A stretch of 62,224 bases of DNA, filler included, from Sphacelaria rigidula (taxonomy: Eukaryota), in NCBI GenBank assembly GCA_964200075.2. It is 6 parts of 6 records of this genome, joined end to end, with 100 filler letters (N's around TTAATTAATTAA, not from the genome) between each part and the next. Parts side by side here need not be neighbours in the genome. Positions count along the whole stretch, not along the records: positions 20,779 to 31,066 come from CAXNAA020006781.1; positions 31,167 to 41,454 come from CAXNAA020006782.1; 4 more parts are not named here. One strand, given 5' to 3'. Both the position numbers and the translations under genes were made by a program. Shown one piece after another: positions 24,667 through 35,526 of the stretch; within the stretch, counting starts at the first letter, position 1; each line of letters opens with the position of its first letter. Below the pieces are notes generated by a model. It saw only the letters and a program-made list of their open reading frames with translations. It did no database searches and was not told where the DNA came from.

Positions 24667-26019
24667 ATGTCGGATAAGCAGAGAATGAAGCGCATGAAGA
24701 AGATGTCGAGGGTGCTGGGCATCGACATCAACCAGGTGTGTGTGTGTTCGTCTTGCTGTTGGGAGAGGAAAAATTCAATTCCGGCCGTGGGGGCGAAGAG
24801 ATTGAAATGTGGGGCGCGCGCGCGAGCATCGCGCGCGCGTGTACTTCGGCATAGTCCCCCCGCAACGTCCTCACCCTCTCGTGAATATTTCTGCGATGCA
24901 CTTGATTTCTTGTATTACATGGTGTCGACTGCGTGCGAGTGCAGCCCGCTGTTTTTTCGCCAGATGGGCACTTCCAGCGAGCGGTGTGACAGACTCTTTC
25001 AGGTGTTATTTAGTTACGGACGCGCAGGTCTGGTGAGAGCAAAAAGTGAGAGATGATCGATTTACAAGATTCTACATTTCCTACACACACACACCCTCCT
25101 CCGCCCTCCTGTCTTCTCAGTACTGCATGCCCGGCACATAGTAAGTGCATTTTCACGGCCAGTACAGTGTACAAGTGACATATAATTCAGCAGGATGCAG
25201 ACCGATGCACCCAACCCCAAGCTTGCAGCTCAGCCCCAGATTCTTGCCGTCCGTTATAGATTTTGTTTGCCCCTGAGTCTTTTTTTTCTTTGGCTCGTCT
25301 GTTGCAACTTACTTGCCTGTGTGGCCTGTGGACTGAGAACTGTGACGACTCTTTCGGTCTGGGCTTTGCGCTGGGCCGTCGTTGTTACCCTACGTACATA
25401 TGCTACATGATCTTGCACTTGTAGCACAGCAGTCAGCGGCCCGATACTTCTCGAGGGCGCTCGTCGTTTGCAAACCCATGCTTGTCAGATATATATTCGT
25501 AGCTGTGGCGAATGATGTCTATACGTACTGTTTTCGGGGCAACGCGTGCTTTGTTGTAGATTGGATCGGACGTGATGCGTTTGAAGCAAAATTTTGCCCG
25601 CGTTTTTTTTCCAATTCAACTTGCGCGGATCCCGTTGTCCCGCTCTTTTGATCGCACGTACCTTGCAGACTATCTGTGCTGTACCGTAATGCCGGCACTG
25701 TACTGTAATTCGTACGACCGTAGTCGATTCCTTCATTTTTTTCGCTCATCGAAGGCGCGGGTCTGTACTGAATGTTTTCCTCTATGGTACGGTGTACCGT
25801 CACTATTGCTGCTGGCGGCAGTGCACCCAGGCGTCAAATTATCGTCGGATTTCTATGCGACTGAAACACCGACAAGATCGGGGGGGGGGAGGGGGGGGGA
25901 TTGCTCGAGCGGTGAGTTCGGTTGCAATCTAACGTATTGTCCGGTTGAAACAGACGGTCAGTATACACAAGGCACCTGCGGCTCCGGCAGCAGAGCTCAC
26001 GGAGAGCTATCGCAGCTGA
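24667..26019 (+). CDS. Candidate small spliced gene, unknown product
   Basis: caccATG, then phase-compatible exons 24667-24735, 24964-24983, 25194-25248 and possibly 25831-25911 and 25954-26019 (MSDKQRMKRMKKMSRVLGIDINQ-MGTSSER-MQTDAPNPKLAAQPQILA...). No recognisable domain. Confidence 0.35.
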
Positions 26020-26059
26020 AGCAGAGGATTCATCGTTGACCATACAGACGTGGTACTGA

Positions 26060-26255
26060 GGCCGTGTCTTCGCATATAAGGCCGTGTCTTAGCACATAAG
26101 TAAGGCCCTGTCTTAGCACATCATTTTTCGATCGAAAAAATGCGGTGGAAAACTTAAATCCGGATCTCATAGGTCGTGATTTCAACCATCTTCAAAATGT
26201 TGCGTGATTTCCACCGCACAACTTGGATCGAAAACTAGTGTGCTAAGACACGCCC
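26060..26255. mobile_element. PIF/Harbinger(Tourist)-like MITE with triplicated left TIR
   Basis: TIR ggcc(c/g)tgtcttagcaca / tgtgctaagacacgccc. TGA on both flanks (26057-59, 26256-58). The left TIR occurs three times in tandem. Confidence 0.7.
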
Positions 26256-26832
26256 TGAGTGCTTGTCCCCCTCGGACAACAAAGATCTGTGTTGGCGTTG
26301 CACACATGCATTGTATCAAGATTGAAAGATTGAATTCGGTTTGGCACTTTCGGGACTTTCGATTGATATCCCGTCCACGTACTTCGTCATACATTGAAGA
26401 TCCAAGCCCTTCGTGGTTAGAGTGTTTCGGCGAGACACGTCGGGACGTCGGGATCGACACAAGAAAACACCCGTTGGAAGAGCCAGTTAATTAAGGGGGA
26501 GTTCCTGCTCATGATAGTCTCGAAAACGCAAGTGATGTGAGGTATATAGAGCACAAAGCGGAGTTCGCAATTTTCGTACCGTACGACGTACGACCGTATA
26601 TTGGAAACACGGCACTAGTAGACGACGGTTCGCTACTGCTCCACCGTTGGACGGTGAAACAAAACGGCAAAATGACCCTCACTATACGTACATGGTGCTG
26701 GAACAAAACAAGAGCAAAATCCTGAGGCCGTGTCTTGTCAAGACCAAAAAAAGACGAGAGAAACGAAACAGACGAAGGGTATGGTGTATGATGGGAAGTG
26801 TGAATGCCTGGGTATTCACTCTCACGAAGTCT

Positions 26833-27093
26833 CACGGTTAGGACGAATCATCACGGGTTCGAATCACCAAAATGTACGATTTTTTCGGCCTGATTGCCCG
26901 AAAGGGAGAAAAAAGTTGACCGCTAGTCCAAGGGGGTGTCCCACGCAACTTTTGCGCCATTCCACGTGTCTGGGCTGCGTGTACCTAGGTTGCAACGCTA
27001 AAAACAAAGCCTAGGGATTGATTCGTACGATTCGAATCAGTCACACTAAAACCAAGTAATTTACAGACGAATCATTAATTTGTCCGACCCTTG
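26833..27093 (+). mobile_element. MITE family 1 copy
   Basis: Full-length similarity to 12728-12986 including the TIRs. Confidence 0.75.
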
Positions 27094-28475
27094 GAAGTTT
27101 TCGTCGCGATGGTCCGATCTCCAACCTCTAGCCAATATCTTAGTATTGTTGAGTAGGATCTCAATACGAGCAGGGCCGGCAGTAAATCCCGCATTCGCAT
27201 TCCACACCACAACTTCTCAAAGTTTTCCAAATCAGCGCGACTTGAGCATATCGCTGTGGAGTGCAGACAAACCTGGTAACACACGGCACCGCCGCTGAAT
27301 GACGAAAGAAATAATAAACAAATGTACTGCATGATGTACAACCTCAACGACGGACGAAAAAGAAAGAGAATCTGTCGGGATTCGAACTCATGACCTCCAT
27401 AACTGGAGTCTCCTATATCACTTGAATTAAAGAGGCGCAGCCGTGTTTCACGAAAAGTGCGATGTCGCGCCCAATTTGAGGTATTTCTGGCCGGAACTTT
27501 ACCAGGAAGTCGAGTGCCCGTATGTGTTGAAGCGTTGCCGTCGTTTTCATCACTTGTTGATGAAGTTATAGCATGTTTCCTGTTTTTGCGGAAACTTCAA
27601 CTCGCTTCAACTTCCTGTTTTTTTTTTCCCCTCCGCACCCCCAACAATGGATTTTGTTTCGCGCGGGTTGATGATAAAAATGTGTCAAAATTTCAGCGCC
27701 TAACTCTTCCAATTACCAATAGCATCTCCACTCTCCGTTCAAAAATCGCTACGTGAAGTTATGTGAAATCATGAATTTCCGAGGTCGTTCCGTACCAACA
27801 TAGTAGTGAACTAACTTCGTATGCGCATAAAATACGCCATACCCACGTGGAAAAGGCTATCTCCACGTAAAAAACGTCATGAGGGCGCAGAACAAACGTA
27901 CTGACAAAAATTGGAGCTTGTTCGAACATCGACCGATTGTCCGAGAAATTTTCAAGCCTGGCCATGAACACACATGGCGGCCGCCGCACCGAACGTAAAA
28001 GTGCCCTGGAACTGTCTCTCGATGAGTAAAAAGTATAGCAGGTCATTCTGAGGTGCCAAAATCATCTACTCGCACAGCCTCATTTTTCCTGCGTGAAACG
28101 ACGCAGAAGGACAATTAGAGGACAGTTTTTCCAGTATTTTCATTTATCCGCAGGAATAAGTATCGGTCTCAATGTGTTTTTTTCGGTTTGCATTGTTGGG
28201 GGCTCGTATTTTGGCTACAAAACAGAGCATACCGCCGGCATGAGGGGTCTAGCCCACTGTTCCGATTCGCACGGCTCCGAGTTTTCGACACTGACCCCTG
28301 GACGAAAATACATGTGGAAAATGAAATGCGGTATCTGCAGGTATTTTCACGTGACGTCGTATTACCGTTTGATTGGTTGAAGAAAATTATCGGAAAAATA
28401 TGTATTCGACACGACCCTCACACCAACAGTAACACACCGAGGACCCTCGGGTAAGGGGTGGGTAGCGGGGGCGAC

Positions 28476-28786
28476 CTGAGGATTTGTACGTGAACAATGG
28501 TTGGTACTACGGTAGATGCCGCCAACCCTAACGCTAACCGCAACCCTAACCCCGACCACGGCATACCGAGAACCCTCGGCCAAGGGGGTGCAGAGTGTTT
28601 CCCAGGCAAAGTGTGCGTTGCCAGAGCTCAAATCGACGCCTTTCAGCCGATTTTGGACCAAAACACGTTCTGGACGAGCTGGGTCCACTGCTCACCTGCC
28701 CCAGACCATGAATTTTCTCAGAACTTGTTCATTCTAAAAATCATGTAAAATCGAGTACCAACCATTGTTCACGTACAAATCCTCAG
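28476..28786. mobile_element. MITE with perfect 33-bp TIRs and an internal telomere-like tract
   Basis: ctgaggatttgtacgtgaacaatggttggtact (28476-28508) is the exact reverse complement of 28754-28786. Degenerate (AACCCT)n at about 28524-28556. Confidence 0.8.
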
Positions 28787-28806
28787 CCTTCCTGGTGTAG
28801 CGTGTA

Positions 28807-29068
28807 CACGGTTCGGACGAATCATCGCCGGTTCAAATCACCCATTCCATGATTTTTTACGCGTGATTACTTGAAAGAGGGGAAAATGTTGACCACTGGC
28901 AAAAAAGGTCCCGACGTAATTTTGCGCTATTCCACGTGCCTTGGTTGCGCGTGCGTGATTTGCAACGCTAGAAACGAAGCCTAGGGACTGATTTGATTCG
29001 TACGGTACGAATCAATTACACTGAAATCAAGTTATTTCTAGATGAATCAATGATTCATACGACCGTTG
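28807..29068 (+). mobile_element. MITE family 1 copy
   Basis: Full-length similarity to 12728-12986. Confidence 0.75.
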
Positions 29069-29153
29069 CCAGACCTCGAATCGACGCCGCGGGCGCGGAC
29101 AAAAACTTGTTCTGCGCATGCTCCCATTGAAGATCCGGATTTCGGCGTCCACA

Positions 29154-29407
29154 CTGATTGAGTGATTGATTGATTGATTGATCGATTATCTGACATTAGC
29201 TGCACTACATCCAAGCCAAAAAATTCCACACTTACCAAGTGGTGAAACCTACTGGTGCACATGGCGTTTTTTACGTGCACATGGCGTTATTGACGTGTGA
29301 GATTAGCGCGGACATTACAATCGGCCCTCAAGGTCGTGATATATATATATATATATATATTTGTTTGATTGATTGATTGATTGATTGACTGATTGACTGA
29401 TTGATTG
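29154..29407. repeat. (GATT)n and (TA)n microsatellites
   Basis: Visible tracts at about 29154-29188, 29339-29360 and 29366-29407. Confidence 0.9.
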
Positions 29408-30166
29408 TCGCACTTGAACTGACCCCCCAGGGGTCCAGCCGTGATCTCATTATAGACGCATCCAAGAAAACGAAACTGAAACACGCTCTAAGGGAAAAAA
29501 AAAGGAACAGGAAAAAAAGGAAAAAGAAAGAGGGATCGAACAAAACGACAGAGCAGACTAAGTCGTGACAAGAAAAGTAATAGAAAAGTCAACACAAGCA
29601 AAGCAGAGAAAGAAGTGCGTACCGGGAAACGCAAAAGCTGTGCCGGAATTCCCCGAGGTGTTGTTAGATCGAACGGGCAACATGGGGTTGTCATTGGTCC
29701 TTTTCTCGGGCGTGGAAACACCCGGAAGAGATCAAACAGGCGCTATTTTTTCGAGACACGGTGTAAGGAAGGCGTATCGCTAGGGTAGACAGACTAAGGA
29801 GGAGGTTGTCCTGAGAGATGCCGTCCTGATGCCGAAGGCACTCCAAGGCTGGCGATGATTTCCTCTTGTATATGTTGACAAAAAATTGGGTCAGACGAGA
29901 AGTGGTTGCCCAGGGGGGACCAGTTCTTCGAGGGATGTTGGGCCGTCCTGATATCAGGCTTCCTGGCATCACCCCGAGTTGTCTAGTAACGTTGGTATTA
30001 CAGGGTCCTCGGTAATCTGGTCCTCTCGGACCGTTCCTACTTTGTACCTGCACGCTCTGGTTCTTCATACATGTGTGGCATCAATCAGTCTCGGATATGT
30101 CACTGCAAAGAGATGTCTTCCACAATAATGGTGTCCTGTTCTTGGACGAATCGAAGCGGTCTGAGG

Positions 30167-30343
30167 CCAACTCTTATGGGGGCGTTTGAAATTTTAATCT
30201 GCAACAATTTCAGAGGAGTTTTTTTCTTCGTGTTTGTCATCATGGTGAACGGGCACAAAATACACAACTACGGCAAAGAAGGAAGAAAAAAAACGTTCAA
30301 AATTATTGCAAAATATATTTCTAAACGCTCTCACAAGAGTTGG
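30167..30343. mobile_element. Small MITE-like inverted repeat
   Basis: ccaactcttatgggggcgtttgaaat pairs imperfectly with atttctaaacgctctcacaagagttgg. Confidence 0.55.
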
Positions 30344-30551
30344 ACTGACCAACACAAGAAATGTGAGATATTTGCTGCTAGTAAAGCAGAGCGACCGTTT
30401 ATGTGGATCGATTTACAAATATGGTATATCTATTTGGCATACATCATGGCTACTATCATTTTTGCTTCCGCACATGAGCACGATATTTCGTACGTCGAAC
30501 AGCTAGCTCATAGTCCACCTTAATATTGCTCCTGGTCCGTAGTATGCTTCG

Positions 30552-30780
30552 ACACTTTATACGATAGCCCACCCCTCGAAGAAAGTGCGTGGTTCATAAA
30601 AAAAAAAAATCTTCACGTAAATCGAAATGGAAGAAGCCGAGCACAACAAGCAGCTCGGAATTCCCACTCTCGGGTTCGTTCTTGCCAGCGTCGCCTATAT
30701 GAGGCGCTGTATGACCGTGACACTTTTGCGCTGTTTTTGGGGGGGGGGGGGGGGGTATCGTAGAAAACGTCGTTCTTCAG
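30552..30780. repeat. Dispersed MITE-like repeat with a homologue at about 41750-41880
   Basis: 30607-30680 matches the reverse complement of about 41750-41823. The ends share a G-run plus tatcgta motif in inverted orientation. Confidence 0.5.
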
Positions 30781-31066
30781 ATCATGAGCTAGCTCATTTG
30801 GCACCTTTTTCAGTATTTGCTTCCCTGCAGCGCTTGGCGCCGAACACGCCGAGTCAAAGGTTATGGCATATATACATAGGTAGTGCACTCGCGGGGATAT
30901 TCGTTATTTGTGACACACAGAAGGTCAGTTGGGATTATTGTCATGTATATTTTAGTATGGGACATAATCGGAACAGAAACAAGTGCACTACCTATAACGG
31001 TGTTTCCGTGAGATTGAGAGTAGATGATACGATTGAGAGCGAAAAGCGGTCAATCAGTGAATGAAT

Positions 31067-31166
31067 NNNNNNNNNNNNNNNNNNNNNNNNNNNNNNNNNN
31101 NNNNNNNNNNTTAATTAATTAANNNNNNNNNNNNNNNNNNNNNNNNNNNNNNNNNNNNNNNNNNNN
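31067..31166. other. Artificial contig spacer
   Basis: 100-nt N run with TTAATTAATTAA linker. Confidence 0.98.
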
Positions 31167-31228
31167 TGTTAGAGGGGGTGGTGTTTTTATTTGTTTTTGT
31201 TGTGGGGGGGGTGGGGGGGTTGGGGTGG

Positions 31229-31260
<32 letters not shown>

Positions 31261-32193
31261 AGGTCCATCGCTGGCATGAGCGTTTTCAGCCAAATGGACA
31301 TGAGTACGTGGTAATACACCGTAGAATGCCCCGCTAGAGTTTGCCGATTGATGCTTTGGCAATAGTTGGGCTCAGATTCTCACGATTTTCTCAGCCGAGA
31401 ACTGCATGCATGTATTGAAGACCTACACCCCGATCCTGCGATGGGCAATATGAGTATTTTCGATGTCAACAATACCCGCCGTGTGATGGGCGCAGGGCAT
31501 AGGGGTGGCGTTGATTGGTTCGCCAGCTCTACCCTGCGCCCCCTTTTCTCCGTGGTGGATAGCCTCCGCCGTGGTTCATCGTTCTTTAGAAGTGAGGATG
31601 CTCCCAACTGATGGATTTCGTCCGGCCATACCATATCGCGCAAGTTCTGTTGGCTCTCTGATGGTGATGCTCTGGGCAAAGCTGCCTCCTCCTCTCCTGC
31701 TATCAAATTGCAGTTCGTGCGGTGCCGGGCCAACACCATTCACCGTATCGCAGAGAGAGCCGTAGCATCGTCCAAGTCTGGGGTTTGCGAAATATAAATC
31801 GAGAAAACTTATATATGTATATATATGTATATGTATATGTATATAGAATTTAGAAGCGTACGCAAGAAGTTTGCACGTAGCTCATGTTTCATTGCAAAGC
31901 TAACCGGTGGGTATTTCTCCGTCGGCCGGTCAATCCTGTGTGGCCATGCCTGTGGTACTCCCAATAAACTTTATGCAGTGCTGTAAGCATTGTGTCCATA
32001 GTCGCCATTCTCGTATTTTTCAAATGTTGACAACAGCTCGTAGAGGACAGTACGGAGCAGAAATAGGGCCAATATACCGGATACATGATTGCTATTAAAT
32101 AGTGCATTCCGGCACAGCATGTATGTGCCTTCCGCAGAAAAGATCCGAACATTCCACACGTCGGACGAGCACCAGTGTGACTCGTGGCGAGCA

Positions 32194-32440
32194 ATGCTAC
32201 GGTAGGGGTGCACTTTTTTCGCGAAGTTTTGTCTGATTCAGGGGTTCCTAACGATTCTAGAAGCACAAGAATATGGGTCAGGGCATCCCCGTTTGCAAAT
32301 GAATTTGGGATATTCCCAGCACATTGGAATAGTAATCCTGGCATACTCTCGCATATTTTCATAAGTCGTGTTTCGGATGAGATAAAGAGCTTCTAACAAT
32401 TCTAACCTCGGAAAATATTTGTGTACCCCTACCGTAGCAT
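32194..32440. mobile_element. MITE-like element
   Basis: atgctacggtaggggtgcac and gtgtacccctaccgtagcat form inverted termini. Confidence 0.65.
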
Positions 32441-33036
32441 CCCTCTATTCATTGATCAATTTCTTGCAACAAAGTTAACAGAAAATATCAAGAAAATCAG
32501 GATAATTTTAATTGTCGAAAAAATGCCCTCCGACATCTGAGGTCATCGGGACAGAACGGGCAAGGAGCAGAAGAAGCAAATATACGAACCCCACGACGCC
32601 CATCAGACTTTTCGGTCTTCGTCAGCGTTTATTTATCAATTTCTTGTAACAAAATCAACAGAAAAAATCAAAACAGTGTTTATTGATCAACTCCTCGCGA
32701 TAAACTTGACAAATAGAAATCGAAAAAATCATGACAATTTTCGAAAAAATGCCCTCTGGGAGGGGGGGGCTACGTGTCCGAAAATTTTCTCCGCGCTGCC
32801 CCCTGTTGCGACTATTAGAATTATTCATACTTCCTTTGAATGTATCAATGGCTGGTGTATGAACGGCGTAGTCCGCTCACAAGCATGACATTACACCGAG
32901 ACACATTTACTTGCCGTACAAGTGCCTCCCCTCTTCGGGATGAGTCTGCAGTACCAAGGGATCAACCCATCTCGCGCCTGGTGCTTGACGTTTTATCGAA
33001 TATCTGAACCCGGTATATTATGAAGGCTCATCAACC

Positions 33037-33407
33037 GGTCGCCCCAGTGGCTCAGTTGGTAACCTCGTAACCTTATGGTGGTTGAGTGGGGGTGTTCGAT
33101 TCCCGGAGCGATCTGGAATCTTTTCTCACACCATGCCCATCCGTGGAGAGCGAGTATGTCGTGGGGAAACAAAATTCAACTTAACGGTCGACGAGGGAAA
33201 GGGACGGCTAAGCCCCTCTCGCGATAAAAAATAAAAAGGCAAGCACCGCAGAAGGAAGGTGGGGTACTAAAAACAAATAAAAAAGAAAAAGCTCCTGTGT
33301 TGACCTTCCTCCTGTGTGTGACCCCGGCTGATGCGCCCACATATTATCCCGAAAGGGGTAGACTGGCGCCCAGAATAAAGGGGACGACAACACACGACAC
33401 ACACAAC
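33037..33407 (+). repeat. tRNA-derived SINE family A, full length
   Basis: Pol III A box tggctcagttgg and B box gttcgattccc (33094-33104). Body shared with 7428-7663; AC-rich tail. Confidence 0.85.
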
Positions 33408-33411
33408 ATCA

Positions 33412-33692
33412 ACCAGGATCACACAGGAGGAAGGCCAACGCACAAGTTTTTTCTTTCCTCTTCTGTTTCTTATACGCCACCTTCCTTCTGAGGTGCTTGC
33501 CTTATTATTTTTATCGCGAGAGGGGTTCAGCGGCCCCTTTCCCTCGTCGAAAGTCGAATTTTGTGTACCCACGACATATTTGCTGACCACTCTTGCGGGC
33601 AAGGTGTGGGGAAAAATCTCAAATTGGGATTCAAACCCACGACCTAACCGTCAGAGGGTTTTGAGGTTACCAACTGAGCCACCGGGGCGACC
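33412..33692 (-). repeat. tRNA-derived SINE family A, inverted copy
   Basis: Reverse complement starts ggtcgccccggtggctcagttggtaacctc, has a B box ggtttgaatccc and the same body. Confidence 0.85.
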
Positions 33693-34336
33693 AAATGTAA
33701 TGGTTTATGTTTTCTCGGCAAGAATGAATGTAGTATCGCCTGTCGCACATATTCTCGAAATAATAATGTTGCCGTTGGTTATTGGAACCTGTTCTCTTGT
33801 TGGGTGAGGTTCAAAACAATCACTCGTTTGGCTACGTCTCTGAACTAGAGGTTGGTACCAGCTAGCCAGCCTATTTTCGTACTCGAGTGCCGTACCTTTT
33901 TTTTTCAAGCATTTCGAGTAGGCGGTACAGTAATCTCGAGAAAAACGCCGTGATCAACAAAACGTAACGGGGAATCAAACCCCCGAATGGTTCCCAGAGT
34001 ATGGCTGTGTGGAATCGGGGCATTGTCCTTGCTGTCGTCCTCGCGCTTCTAAGAAATGGGAGGTCATCATGATCCCGAATGTTTTCCCCCCCGGTAAGCG
34101 TGTAGTGTTGATGCGATTCCACATCGCGAGCAAGAACTCTTACAGCCTACAACCACCATGATACTTACCGGAAGCTCTGCATTTGAGACGGTTACTTATT
34201 TGATGCAAAAATTATACCAAATAAATGGATCTTCTGCCGGAAATCGAACTCGACGTCTTGCGACCTAATCCATGAATCATTCGTATCGTCACGACGAGCA
34301 GACCATCAGGGCGCGGTGGCTACAACACCACTATAA

Positions 34337-35072
34337 AACATTGTCTTCGTGAGATTGAGAGTAAACACGGGATCTTACAAATTGGAGATGGATCATTTAT
34401 TGGGGATGAGAAACCCGGGGGATCAATATCTTCGTCTCCCCACGAAATATCTGAAATATGGTTCAATTTCTTCACCTCCTGATAGCTATTGACAACAATT
34501 GACAACTGTTACACGCCGTACAATTTTGGATTTCGATCACCGAAATGTTGGGGTCCTAGGTAAAAAACCAATTTGGGGGAATTTCGGGCGTCAGAACATT
34601 GGTTTTTCACGCAGGACCCCAACATTTCGGTGATCGAAATCCAAATCTCTATGACGTGTAGCAGTTGTCAATAACTATCAGTAGATGAAGAAGTGGAACC
34701 ATGTTTCGAAGATTTCGTGTGGATACAAATATTTAATCCTCCGGGTTTCTCATCCCCAATAAATGGTCCATCCCCAATTTGTAAGGTCCCGTGTTAGTAG
34801 AGGATACGATTGAGAGTGAGGAGCGGTTAATTAGTGAATCAATCGTTTCAGTTCCGAAATGACCCTCCACGAGGCCCGATATGCTTCCTGTAGTAGCTCG
34901 CCACTGGGGCCCTTGATATCCCTGAGGAGGATATCGACGTGTAATTGTAGGCACACAGCAGTGATGGAGCCAAATAAAAGCATGCACGGTATGAAAAGTT
35001 GGCCAATTTGAAGCGAATGATCAAAACCACTCTCAATCAGCGCTCTACTCTCAATATCACGAAATCGTTGTG
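34337..35072 (-). mobile_element. MITE family 2 copy interrupted by a foldback element
   Basis: 34796-35072 is the reverse complement of most of 18753-19052. The rest of its TIR lies at 34337-34363. Confidence 0.8.
34364..34795. mobile_element. Foldback (palindromic) element, arms about 205 bp, 4-bp TSD AGTA
   Basis: aacacgggatcttacaaattgg ... ccaatttgtaaggtcccgtgtt. AGTA at 34360-63 and 34796-99. Second copy at 58275-58705. Confidence 0.85.
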
Positions 35073-35526
35073 TATACTAAAACACAGTAGTATTTATGGT
35101 CAGCACTCCAACCAGCATGCTGGTTGTGACATACTTTACGAACACGAGCGACCGGGAAAAACAACCCGGTCGCCGAACACTTCCCTGACTATACTCGCTG
35201 ACGTGTGATTAGTCTACCGCATCTGAGGTAGCAAGCTCATGCCGCTCAATCTCTCAGTCTCTACTAATAGGGTGGCAGGCCCAGCCGTCCTTAACACGCT
35301 AGCACGACGAAAATACATAATGACAAATGTCATTGTGCATAGCTAGGTAGAATGAGGCGCATCTCAGACAGGAGGTTATCTGCCGGCTGCTTTTGATTAC
35401 TTGTGACCATCGTGCCACTGCTCCTCTGTGTGGAGTATCGCAAAACGTAGCTATCAGCTACATCTTCGGGAAATAAATTCATCGCTAAAAGCGAGTGTTT
35501 TCGTTCAAGCTGAAGCTTAGTCAAGG

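Noticed and set aside
29780-30160. Possible LINE ORF2 remnant on the minus strand
   Set aside because: Only vague peptide resemblance and no diagnostic RT or endonuclease motif.
33037-33110. tRNA gene candidates here and at about 27375, 33620, 34240 and 48570
   Set aside because: A/B boxes are present but there is no proper cloverleaf; they are SINE heads or remnants.
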